From: Chiloscyllium plagiosum
Lineage: Eukaryota
Assembly (NCBI RefSeq): GCF_004010195.1
Contig: NC_057718.1
Span: forward strand, 13,495,549-13,559,548
Direction: 5' to 3'
DNA: 64,000 nt
Shown: positions 11,721 through 23,000 of the stretch, in pieces
Layout of the letters: each line of letters begins with the position of its first letter
Position numbering within the stretch: position 1 is the first letter of the stretch
Position numbers and translations under genes: made by a program
Notes under the pieces: generated by a model
Database searches by the model: none
The model's input: the letters and a program-made list of their open reading frames with translations, nothing else
What the model was told of the DNA's origin: nothing

Positions 11721-12778
11721 AAAGTGTTACATAATTACACTCTTTGGAATAGATTACAACATTTTTCCTCCTACTGACATCAAACAAACTCTAACTCTCC
11801 ATTTTCCCTCCTTAAGTAGTGGTATTATATTTGCTTCCTACCAGACTGCATTCTTTGAAGGATCGACAGAATTTTGAAAGAAAACCAGCAATGCACTATT
11901 CCTATAGCCACCACATGCAACACTCTGGGATGAAGCTCATTTGGTCTAAAGGTTCATCATGCTTCGATCCAGTTAACTTTTCAAGTTTACCTCATGAGAA
12001 ATGCTAATTGCTTTAAATTTCTCAGTAGTCTAGTATTTCTGTGAAATTTTCAACATCTTCTTCCATCAAGATGCTCACAAAGTAATAGTTTCGTTTCTCT
12101 TCTATTTCCCTGTTCTCCACGCTAATTTCTCATGTAATGAGCTCACATTCTAACAAGCTGATCTTTTTCTTCTCACATACAAAAAGATGCATTTCCAGTC
12201 TGATTTATGCTTCTTTCTCGCTAGTTTGTGTTCATTTTTTCATTTTCATTGTGTTCATTTCAGTTTTGTGATCATTCTTTGCTGGATTCTATAAGTGCTT
12301 CCAATCCTCAGGCTTACCACTTTTTCTGGCATCTTGAAAAGTTACTTCCTTTGATCTAATGTAACCATTAACTTCTTTTATTAGCCATGGTTATTTTACT
12401 TTTCTCATTCTTTGGGGGGTTTTACAGGAACATATATTTGTTGCAAAGCATGTAATACCTCGAAATACTTCATAGTTTCAAAAGGTTTAGATAGAAGATC
12501 CCAGTTTCCAAATTAACTCCATTGAATTCAAACTTGATGCAAAATTCGACCTAATTATGGTCACTATTTACCAAAGGTTCCTTTACAGCATTCATTAAGA
12601 AGCCCTCTGTCATTCAGAAAGTCGTTCTTCAGTATATAAATCTAAATTAACCCAATACCCAGTTGGTTCTTCAATGTACTGTTCCAAAAAGCTATTTTGT
12701 GCATACATGAGGAATTCATCCTCCACAGCAGTAGCGCTGATTAAGTTTACCCAGTCTTTACGTAAACTGAAGTCAACT

Positions 12779-12940
12779 AGGAGAAAGTAAGGACAGCAGA
12801 TGCTGATGATCACTGTCGAGAGTGTGGTGCTGGAAAGACACAGCAGGTCAGGCAGCATCCGAGAAGCAGGAGCATCGACGTTTCGGGCATAAGCCCTTCA
12901 TCATTCCTGAAATGTTGATTCTCCTGTTCCTCAGATGCTG
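12779..12940 (-). mobile_element. Penelope-like terminal fragment with short inverted 5' piece
   Basis: Reverse complement of the shared terminal sequence (12779-12904), followed by a plus-oriented piece tgaaatgttgattctcctgttcctcagatgctg. Confidence 0.75.
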
Positions 12941-13346
12941 TAACTCAGTACTTCTATGTTAACCGTGTTACACGCAACTCTAATTTCTCTGACTGAGGCA
13001 AAAGGATTACCAACTGAGCCACATCCACTAGCAACTAAACAGAAATGGACAAATCACTCTTGATCTACTAGCTGGAACAAACTCATTAACTACATTTGAA
13101 CAACATAACTCAATATCTATTAGATATACATGAACAATGAGATTCCAATGTTGAGTAGGCCTGCCGGTCTTAAACTGAAGTCACTATACATTGTTGGAGA
13201 AAAGTTGAAGCCTCTATGTTGCATTTGACTGAGGTTGAATTTGACCCTGGAGCTTTGCATCTTGACTAAAAACAGATTCAATAAAACACTTTACCAAAAC
13301 ACAGCTATTAAAGAAATCAGGAATATCTTCAGCACCTCTTCTATAC

Positions 13347-13428
13347 CTCTAAACTGTAGTCTTCTAATGGTTGAAATTTTCTAAAAAAGAAATGGTCCTG
13401 AATTCTCTGCCAGTTCTTTCCAGCATTC
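13347..13428 (-). CDS. TARBP1: TARBP1 coding exon 11/12, 82 nt, phase 2 to 0
   Basis: ctcaag|G...GAG|gtatag. [27 protein letters not shown]. Confidence 0.95.
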
Positions 13429-14198
13429 CTTGAGGGAAGAGAAAATAAAACATTGCAGCATTTATCACAAAAAAGAACGAAGTTCAAACAAATAAAACTG
13501 TCCAATCTTTCAACGGACCCACAAACTAAAATTGTCAATTGAAAATTAGAATTTTTTTTGTTAAATACAATCATGAAAGCAAGAAATAGTTATAAAATGA
13601 AGGACCTTTCTATAATCTGATGCACAACCATCTGCTCCCAAACATAATAAATATTCATAGCGCCAATCTTTGGGTTGTGCTTGATACAGGTACAAAATAT
13701 GGAGGCATTCTCCTTTCTCACATTAAATGTAAATCAGAATCCCCATGTCAATTATTCAAATATCCTCAGCCACCCAAAGGCTTGTGTGCGGTACTTCCTC
13801 TATTCCTACATCAAAAGATATAAGGAGTGCAAATGAAAGTTGGGACTCACTTTCTCTTACTTACCCATAGTCTATGAAGTTAACCTGAAGGGCAAGAGAT
13901 TTACCTGAGATTACAGCATTGCAATAGCTGTGGTAGAGACATGTAAGCAAGTTGCTTGACTTGGGCCACACATGTCGAGTGAAGTAAACAGTAAGAGGAT
14001 GATGACAAAATATTAAAATGTCTTAGCAAGTTTTAGTGTCCCTAAGTATTTTTAAACAATTGCTGAACATTTGCACAGATGTACAATTTTACAGAATATT
14101 CTTCCTAAAAGTGCAACAACGGATAAGTTCTCAGGCCTTTTTAAACAAATGATAATTAACTTTATTAAAAGAAAAATATAAGCTTGTCTCATACCAAC

Positions 14199-14401
14199 CC
14201 TGCAGTTTGCTTGTTTCCAGCTTGTTCTAGACAAGACTCAATAATTGGTGCCAAATATTGCAGCTCCTTGTCTTCTACCTTTGACTGTAAACATGCCTCC
14301 CAAATGTGCTGTAAGGCAAGGAGGGCATACAGTCGCACACTGAAGTTGTGGTTTAGACACCATGGCAATACCACACCCAATGCTTTCTTCAAATGTTGGT
14401 C
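14199..14401 (-). CDS. TARBP1: TARBP1 coding exon 10/12, 203 nt, phase 0 to 2
   Basis: actag|GAC...GG|gttggt. DQHLKKALGVVLPWCLNHNFSVRLYALLALQHIW...LAPIIESCLEQAGNKQTA(G). Confidence 0.95.
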
Positions 14402-14944
14402 CTAGTTCGCGAGACAATTTAAAAAAAATGTCAATAAAATTTGGACCGACATATTGCTAATTAGAAACTGCGTGAAATAAATTACCTCGAGATAGTGATT
14501 TAAATCATGCACTAGTTTTGCAATTTTAATCTGGTTATATCTCATTTACTGCAGTTCTAAATTTAAATATTTGAAAAAATATGAAAGTAAACAAGTAAAA
14601 AATGCACATTGTAAAATTAAAAGAGGAATGACTCAGTCTACCCTATCAAAGTCCTCATTTTCATTCAATACATATTAAATATCACTGTTCACAATACATC
14701 TTCAACACAGCTTTCACAGCTTAGTGCATAGGACAGAAAATTATCCATCTTAGAATAATGTGCCTATTTAAAAGGAGGCCAGGACAGAATTTTTTTGTTT
14801 TAAAAAAACTGCAAATGAGGTTTCCTCCCAAGGAAGAGTGAGCCTTATTTTGCCAGGATTAGGATTTTAGAATCAAGACTCCAAACTCAGCATTACATAT
14901 TAAATATATATGTGCAACACATAAATATACGTATAAATATAGAC

Positions 14945-15445
14945 AGAGTCATATAGCATGGAAACAGGCCCTTTGGTCCAACTCGTCCAAGCCGACCAAG
15001 TTTCCCAAACTAAACAGTCCCACTTGCCTGCATTTGGCCTTTATCCTTCTAAACTTCACCTATTTATGTACCTGTCCAAACTTCTTTTAAAACTGTACAC
15101 ACAACTATCACTTCCTCTGGCAGTTCATACCACATACAAACCACCGTGAGAGAAAAAGCTGCCCCTCAGGTCTCTTTTAAATCTTTCTCGTCAAACCTTA
15201 AAAATATGCCCCCTTGTTTTGAACTCCCCCTCGGGAAAATACTTTTTTCCTATTCACCTTAACTATGCCCCTCATGATTTTATAAACCTCTGTAAGGTCA
15301 TCCCTCAATCTCTTACATTCCAATGAAAAAAGTCCCGGCTATCCAGCCTCTTCTTATAACTTAAAACTCCACTCCTGGCAAATCTTCTCTGCATCCTCTC
15401 CAATTTAATAATTCCTTCCTATAGTAGAGAGACCAAAACTGCACA
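14945..15445 (-). mobile_element. CR1 LINE 3' fragment
   Basis: agagtcatatagcatggaaacagg... tail plus reverse-complement RGDLTEVYKIMRG coding remnant. Confidence 0.85.
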
Positions 15446-16062
15446 TGGTACTTCTGCTACTCACTTCTGATACAGAAATGCTTTGTCTCTACACTGTGCT
15501 CCATAACATAAAAGTCATCAGAGGTCAAAAAAGGCAAACTGAGCACAAATACATGCATCGTACTGGAGATATGATGCTAGTGCACAAATGTAGGGTTTAG
15601 TGGAGTTGATAAGAGGTAGACAATCAACTATGGTCTTTTTGAAGGATGCCGAAAGCTTCTCCTACCCTTATTTCTAACGCTATTGCAAGTCAATTAGACA
15701 TGCTCATACTCAGCTGACCACCTTTAGATCTGAGATTTGTATTTGAATGTTGACTCCAGAATTACAACAACATTCCTACAGGTGGTTGTAAATTCATTTG
15801 TGGCCAAATAAATGGGGTTTGATAATTTCTCTTTGGGATTTATTACTTTGAATACATAAATGGTAAAAGCTTCATGAGAGCCATCTCTTGTTTTATTTTT
15901 TGCCATCAATGTGAATCTTGGCCAACAGGACAATGAAGCTCCATCAGGTTTGTTCATTAAACACAATTAACGGACTGAGCACAGAACTTTAGCACAGATT
16001 CCAACCATCCCTCACATTCCTAAATATTTAACCAATTTAGGTCTGAAAGTAAAAACGCTTAC

Positions 16063-16149
16063 CTTTTTCGAAATCTTCTTCAGGATTACTTTAATGTGAA
16101 CTAACACAGCCAAAAATGTGCAGATACTGGTTTTTGTATTTTCTGGATT
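16063..16149 (-). CDS. TARBP1: TARBP1 coding exon 9/12, 87 nt, phase 0 to 0
   Basis: tgcag|AAT...AAG|gtaagc. NPENTKTSICTFLAVLVHIKVILKKISKK contains KTSICTFLAVL. Confidence 0.95.
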
Positions 16150-18964
16150 CTGCAGAAAAATGAACCAAAACGAAACAGGGGAATTTGAGCAATTTACTTG
16201 AATCAATGTAACAAAATGAATCAAAACCTCTATTTTAAAGATGGACTAGAATCTTTCCAATTTGTCATGTTTGCAACCAAATCATTGTTAGATTTTGGAA
16301 TTTTTGGATGATACAACAATGTTGGGATGCCTACCTACAAACATGTGAACTGGAAAACATTGTAGATATAAATATTAATGTAAGGCATAAAAGTGATAAA
16401 ACTTTATAAAGCAGTCATGAAAATTATTTTACATTTCCAAAGTACTGTACTAGAATAATACCAGAGTTGCCACGCCTGCTAAAAAAAATTTCCACCTGTG
16501 CTTCCAAACAACAGATTTCCAGACTAGCAAGGGACAGTGTAATTCACCATTTTCTGCCAAGTCATTCTCTTTCCTAATGGTATTGATTTCTTCGAGTGAT
16601 GTTACTTTGCTTGCAACAGCACCACTGGTACATCGTGCAAAATGTTTGAGGTTAGGAAGTGAGGGCATAGTTTCTTTTTGATTGTGGAAGGTGCCAGAGC
16701 CAAGTCGAGCCTCAAAACAAATTGACATAATATTAGTCGTTGAAGAGTCATCAGGAACGACAACTAAGTCTAATGTTTCGCCCATTCATAAACCAGTTCA
16801 CCGAAATCAATTGTAGACTGCTTAACAGTACCTTGCGATTAGCTAACTCCGAACTATCGGGGACCCTTCTGGTCTGCATAACCCAGCTCCACATTCCCTT
16901 AACCACTGAGCAACAAGCCAAATTAGGAGCTCAAGTCCATTCGGCAAATATAGGGTGGCTTTACTGTAAAACATCAAAATGACTTATAATCGGAATGAAT
17001 TAGAACAATGCTCAAAAAATGTTAGTTCAAGCCTGAAATATAACGTTATCTTCCATTATTTTGCTATGAAGAATGAGCAGAAGCTAAACCTTCCAGATTC
17101 CACTGGAGCAAATTCACACCTTTTGAAGTCATAACATGCTGCATTTAACAGCTGCTAATTTAAACAGGAAAGAGTGCTAATTCACTTGCTTTGCTGAAAT
17201 AGTCACACAAATTAGGAATATTGTATTGAGTTTCAATTAACTACAGAAGGATTTTTACTTTAAGGCGTAATTATAACTCTAGAGAATCCTTTTAAAGCTC
17301 CACTTGCAAAACAATCCTGTATACAATGAGTCTGTACTAATTAGAAACAAAATAATAAAGCTGTCCTTCCTTTTATGCAACCCTCAATTTACCATTACTC
17401 ATCTTATTCTATAATTTTGTTTTTAGGGCATATGATATTACAGCAATTAATTCTGTGATATTGCAACATCTGTGGCAATGATCAACAGTAATGAAGACTA
17501 GAGCATACACGAGGCCAATTTCTGGGCAAAAGCTTGGATTTAAGGATTTAGAGCACAGATAATAAAGATGGCAATTACTTGCTAGTTGTGCTATATAATG
17601 GCACAGAACAGCTGATCTGCTTCTCTCACTCTATTTCACTCTGGCTAATAAATCCATTGTTCAGCCCACAAGACAATTTTTTGTAAAACTCAATGGTATA
17701 ACTGAGTTTCAAATCCCTTATCCTCTCAAACACTATCATTTATTTCCGCATAGTAACAGCCTCTGCATCTGTTGTGACTTATGCAATTGAAACCCTCACT
17801 TGCGTATTCGTCTATTCTACTTCTACAATTTGATTGGTCAAGCTGGTTGGCCTGCTATCTCAATCTTCAGTTCACGCTCAGCTCCATTTTCTATATCTTT
17901 TCCAACAACAATACTAGTTATCTGTTTATCTTGCTCTTGCTTATTTGTATTGGCTACAGTTATCCAAGACCTCAAATTTTAAATGCTCAACTTTTAATTT
18001 AGGCCCTGCATTGGCCTTACCTCACTGTAACCTCTTCAGCACCACAACGCATGGAAGATTGCTTCTTCTGACATTAGCCTCTCATACACCCCTCCTCCCT
18101 TCACATCAGCACAGATCATAACATTTTGATGATAAAGGCAGCAAATCAACTATTTAAGGTCTTATAACAATGTTGAGCTATAAAGCTGAATAGGAAATAG
18201 TTTGTCAATTTATCTACAATTACAATATTAACTAATAAATTTTGCCCCTCAGTAAAGCAAAAATGGCTGCAGCTGAAGGGAACTGCACACCTTCAAAGCT
18301 CAAAGTTAAAACATTGGGATTGAATGAAATGCATTCTGGAATATTGAAGAAAAAGTGAGTGGAAATGTCCGGAGTACTGGCCATAATCTCTCAAGTCTTC
18401 CTTAGTCTCAGGTGAGGTGTCAAAAACTGGACCCCTTTTAAAATTCATTCATGGGATGTGGGTGTCGTTGTGTGGGCCAGTATTTATTGTTCTTTAGGTG
18501 GTAATGGTGAGCTGCCTTCCTGAACCACTCAGATCTTTCATTGAGACTTACAAGAATTATTCCAGGGAGGAGACACTTCAATTATGAGAATAGACTAGAG
18601 GCTGGGATTGTTCCCTTGATGGAGAAGTTGAAGAAAACATCTGATAGAGGTTTTCAAAATCATCAAGAGGTGGATAGAGTAGATGAAGACAAATTGCTTC
18701 CATTCATAAAACTATTAAGAATGAGAGGGGATAGAATATTAAACAGCGGAAGAAATACTCACTTGCAATAACTCAATGAATTGCAACATTATGCTAATCA
18801 GCATGAGAATTTTCAGAACCACCAATTATAACAGATTCCCTCCATAGTTTGTAACCTTCTCCAGTCTACAAACCTCACGAATTCTCATGTTCTGAAGACC
18901 TCATGGTGGACATGAACACTTAACTTACTTTTATAAAATTACATGTAAAATTATGAGGGGCATA

Positions 18965-19405
18965 ACCATCTCCAGCATCTACAGTCCTCACTTTCTCCTA
19001 GAAGATTTTAGCCTACTGCGAATCCTCTTACAAGGATGCCTTCCTTGAAGAAGCTCTCTTCCTCCCTCTACAAGGATTTCAGTGAGTCCCTCTCTCACTG
19101 CACACCCCAAGTCATCTCCTCTGCCCAGAAGCTCTTCAGCCACGTTCTCAAACAGACTCGCTACCACAGCCACATCTCCTTCCTCAGCCCTCCACCCCCA
19201 CTCTGGCCTATCACCCTCACCTTAACCTCCCTCTACCTATCGCATTTCCAACGCCCCTCCCCCAAGTCTCTCCTCTCTACCTTTTATCTTAGCTTGCTTG
19301 GCACACTTTCCTCATTCCTGAAGAAGGGCTCATGCCCGAAACGTCGATTCTCCTGCTCCTTGGATGCTGCCTGACTTGCTGCGCTTTTCCAGCAACACAT
19401 TTTCA
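18965..19405 (+). mobile_element. Internally deleted / permuted Penelope-like element with intact minimal hammerhead motif
   Basis: Interrupts a CR1 remnant (ttatgaggggcata|gacatggcagacagg) with gcata duplicated (18960-18964, 19406-19410). Contains an ORF start MPSLKKLSSSLYKDF..., a C-rich tract and the shared terminal sequence. Confidence 0.75.
19318..19345 (+). ncRNA. Minimal type I hammerhead ribozyme-like motif
   Basis: CUGAAGA-A-GGGC(UCAU)GCCC-GAAAC-GUC. All core nucleotides present, 4-bp stem II, palindromic ACGU in place of stem III. Confidence 0.65.
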
Positions 19406-19499
19406 GCATAGACATGGCAGACAGGAAGAAACCTCTATGTGGAAGATTCTATGACTGTGGGCACAGATTTAAGCTAAGGGGCAGGAGGTTTAGAGAGGA

Positions 19500-19848
19500 T
19501 CACAGAATCATAAATTCCCTACAGTATAGATAGAAGCCATTCAGCCCAGAGTCTGTACCAACTCTCCAAGGAGCATGCAACAATCCACCCTCTCCCTGTA
19601 GCCCCACATTTCCCGAGACAAATCCACCTTACTTGTATATCCAGGACATTATGTGGCAATTTAGCATGGGCAATCCACAACTTGGACATGTTTGGACTGT
19701 GAGAGGGAACAAGAGCAGCCGGTGGATTCCAATGAAGGTTGTGGTGAGGTGGGTTCGGGGTGGGAAATGGGGACTCCACACAGTCACCAAAGACTGAATT
19801 GAACCCGGCTCCCTGACGCTGTGAGGCAGCAATGCTAATTGCTGTGCT
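19500..19848 (-). mobile_element. Older, diverged HE1-like V-SINE
   Basis: ggcaatttagcatgggcaatccac...actccacacagtcacc...gaattgaacccggctccctgacgctgtgaggcagcaatgcta. Confidence 0.7.
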
Positions 19849-20034
19849 GCTCTAAGGGAAGGTTAGTATTTTTTTCACCCAGTGGGTGGTGGGAATCTGG
19901 AATTCACCGCCTTTAAGGGAGGTAGAGGTAGATGCCCTGATAACATTTAAGATGTGCACTTGCGAAGACAAGGCATACAAGGTTATGCACCAAGTGCTGG
20001 AAAATGGAATTAGAATAGTTAATTAGAACAGTTT

Positions 20035-20245
20035 GATTAGATTAGATTAGATTACATTACAGTGTGGAAACAGGCCCTTCGGCCCAACAAGTCCACACCG
20101 ACCCGCTGAAGCGCAACCCACCCATACCCTACATTTACCCCTTACCTAACACTACGGGCAATTTAGCATGGCCAATTCACCTGACCTGCACATCTTTGGA
20201 CGGTGGGAGGAAACCGGAGCACCCGGAGGAAACCCACGCAGACAC
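20035..20245 (-). mobile_element. 5'-truncated HE1-like V-SINE inserted in a CR1 tail
   Basis: (ATTAG)n tail then body sequence ending at acccacgcagacac; tRNA head absent. Confidence 0.88.
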
Positions 20246-21852
20246 TAGTTGGTTGTTTTTGACTGGTGCAGACTCGATGGGTCAAATGACCTCTTTCTGT
20301 GCTGTCGAACATCTGTATGATTATGACTCCCTAAATCTCTCAATCTGGCAATGCCTTTCTCCTCTGCAGAAAGGCTATTTCTTTGACTCTGCTCATTGTC
20401 ATATGTCATTATGGCATCAATTTTGGTTTAAAAAATTTGCTGTAAAGAACCACTACTTGTCAATATTTAAGATGCTGTGTAAATAAATGCTGTTACTACT
20501 GTTGGTATGCTGCAATCTCAGCGGACAGCAATACTAGACATATCAGATCGCAAAGGGAAATATGGTTTGATAGACAAGTTTTATTTTTGCTATTTTTTTT
20601 ACTGTGTTGCTCAGTCACTGAACATTTTCACAAGAGGCTGCCAGTGTACTTCAACAAAAGAATATAAAGTATATTTCACTTACGAGGAAAAATACTACAT
20701 GGTATTACATTATTTCTGAACCACTTGAAACCATCTGATATAAATATTAGAAACAAAGATTGAATTCTTTCATCCTAACTACAACCTTATGGATACTGAT
20801 AGCTCAGTGAAGAATCACCTTATCTCTATTTTAAGAGTTCCTTTTTCAGTTGACATGGACATAATTGGTTTCTTGTTGGCAATGTTCTGCATCTACTGTC
20901 TGCTAATTCTTCAGTTAAAAGTACCTTCCCGAGGATCTTAAACAAACTGTTGGAAAAGTTTACTTGTTTCTTAATATAGGTTTCTTAAACACCTTCTCAG
21001 AGCCTGTTTCTGAGCTTTCTTTCTTGCTGAACATAAATGACTCAGAACTTGGTTTGATCTGTGGCAACTATCTTGGAGACCGCCAAGCTGCACATCTGTG
21101 TCTCTGGGCTTTTTTCTCTGCAAATGGTCTCGCTCAAACACACACACAAACAAAGAAGCCTGAATACTCTCTAACCTTCTGGATGGTTGTGTTTCCACAA
21201 GAACTTGTTTCTCTCCGTCGTGCTGTACCATAGGTCGCCTCACTGCTTAGCATATCTCTTTTGTTTTTCTCCCTTCTACCCTTATTTCTAAGGCATTAAA
21301 TATTCACAGTCTTATTTAAACGGATGTAACAGATTTCCAGGAAACTCTACACCACACTCAAAATTCAGATGAAGCTAAAGTTATACTCCTCTCTGCTTAA
21401 CCCACACTGTAGAAATACAAATCAAATGTAAAACTGTGCACAGTCCTGTCCATTTTAGAATCTAAGTTTCCAAATAATAATATCTCATGGACCTTTATCA
21501 CACATGTATAAGTGACCTTTCCTGAGCAACTCTGACAAGTTTTAGACCTGGAAAGATGTGTCTTTCCAGAGTTTGAGAGAATTAGATTTTACACTTTATT
21601 TCACAACTTCAGAAGAAAATAAGAGGATATTGCACAAGTTTGCATCGTATTTAGTTGAAGTACAATAGATCCATTATAGAATTGTCATTAGCAAACTGAA
21701 ACAGTACAGGAGAATAAATCAATAACTGAAAAATGTAAATTCCTGTAGAAGTGGCATTTCTTCGTGCTGCTAAGTATATCCAAATAGATTTCGAGAATGG
21801 CATAAGAAAATAAAAGTTATGAGTAGATTTGATTAATTCTGTGGTTACTTAC

Positions 21853-22002
21853 ATAACTGAAGCATTGCCAGAAAGAATCAATGAATTCAGGGCACTTCTG
21901 TAGCATTAAGATGATAAACCATTCGATTAAGTATTTCACAGATGCCTGATTATCACTCAAACCAGACTGATAAACAGTTTCACTGATGCTGCTCAGAAAA
22001 AC
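21853..22002 (-). CDS. TARBP1: TARBP1 coding exon 8/12, 150 nt, phase 0 to 0
   Basis: cacag|GTT...TAT|gtaagt. VFLSSISETVYQSGLSDNQASVKYLIEWFIILMLQKCPEFIDSFWQCFSY. Confidence 0.96.
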
Positions 22003-22447
22003 CTGTGAAACAGAGTGATGCAGCTTTAGCATAAAAAATGGGCAATATCATATTTTTGTGTTGTTCCTTAACACAGTATTAGAATGATAAGTAGCATGGG
22101 TTCAGTTTACTTGAAAATCTCAAACAGATTACTTAACAGAAAAACTGATAACTTGCAGTTGAAGGGCAACTTATGGACACATCCTGAGTCCAGTATGCTG
22201 ATGTTGGAACTCCTCATGGCTGCTGGTCATGTGGTGTCACAGCCTGACCCTTGGCTCATCAGTTCATTCTGCTCTTAAAGCAGTACCAAAGTAGTCTCTT
22301 TTCCTTACCTAACTCTTTCTCCCACCCTCAAAATCACATGCGTTAGGAGTAAAAGTACACGTACATTAGGTGTATGCAAAACTGCTTACACAGAATTAAC
22401 AATTCTAAAAGTTATGAATTGAAGAGTTTAAAAGTCTGTGTAACATA

Positions 22448-22606
22448 CAAAGGAAACTCAATTATCCGGCATTCGACGATCCAAATTTCGGATTATCTAG
22501 CAAGATTGCAAGGTCCCGATGCTTGGCTTATCTACGATATCCAGCATTTGATTAACCGAACGAAATACTCCCTGCCAGTGTCCTTCAAATAATAGAGGTT
22601 TCTCTG
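22448..22606. mobile_element. Tc1/mariner (pogo/Tigger-like) MITE, diverged copy
   Basis: ta|caaaggaaactcaattat...ataatagaggtttctctg; alignable with 36377-36550. Confidence 0.75.
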
Positions 22607-22619
22607 GATCGCGTATTGG

Positions 22620-23000
22620 CCAAATCTGCCTGATCTCTGGATTTCACCCCTGGTCGTTCCTTACCTATGTGGGTGTGGGTCTCACAGGTGCTGTAAAGAG
22701 TATTGGTGGTCTTTCACACTTCACTCTCCCAGCATACCTTTGTATGTGCTCTATGCACAATTGGAATAGTAAACAGTTCCCTTTCTTTCAACCAAAAATT
22801 GAGAAAAGTAGGAGGGTGACAAGGAGAAAATTGCTGCCACGAATGAATAAATCTGTTGCAAAGTTCTTTGTTTTTGCTGTAGTTTGTGACTCTGACATGC
22901 CTCGCACATCCACAGTTTTCCTGATGTCATTACTGATCCTTGGCCATACACAGTGTTCCATGCCAGGCATCGAGTTCACTCTGCTGGAAGTGGAACAGTG
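22620..23000 (-). mobile_element. Gypsy-type integrase remnant
   Basis: Frameshifted HCVWPRISNDIRKTVD / MCEACQ resembles the integrase zinc-binding signature (YWP.I..DI...V..C..CQ). Confidence 0.5.

Larger units (their letters stand above)
10160..12775 (-). mobile_element. Old, highly degraded CR1 LINE interrupted by a Penelope-like piece and a SINE
   Basis: Minus-strand remnants: KSCLANLLEVFE..YLDFSE (11245-11487), FLEQYIEEPT (12610-12858), and a 3' tail near 10160. Confidence 0.75.

Noticed and set aside
11428..11877. Recurring ORFs such as MWKQALRPNKSTPTRR...GRKPEHPEETHADTGR (also 20064, 28794, 45663, 59853)
   Set aside because: Antisense translations of the SINE, not genes.
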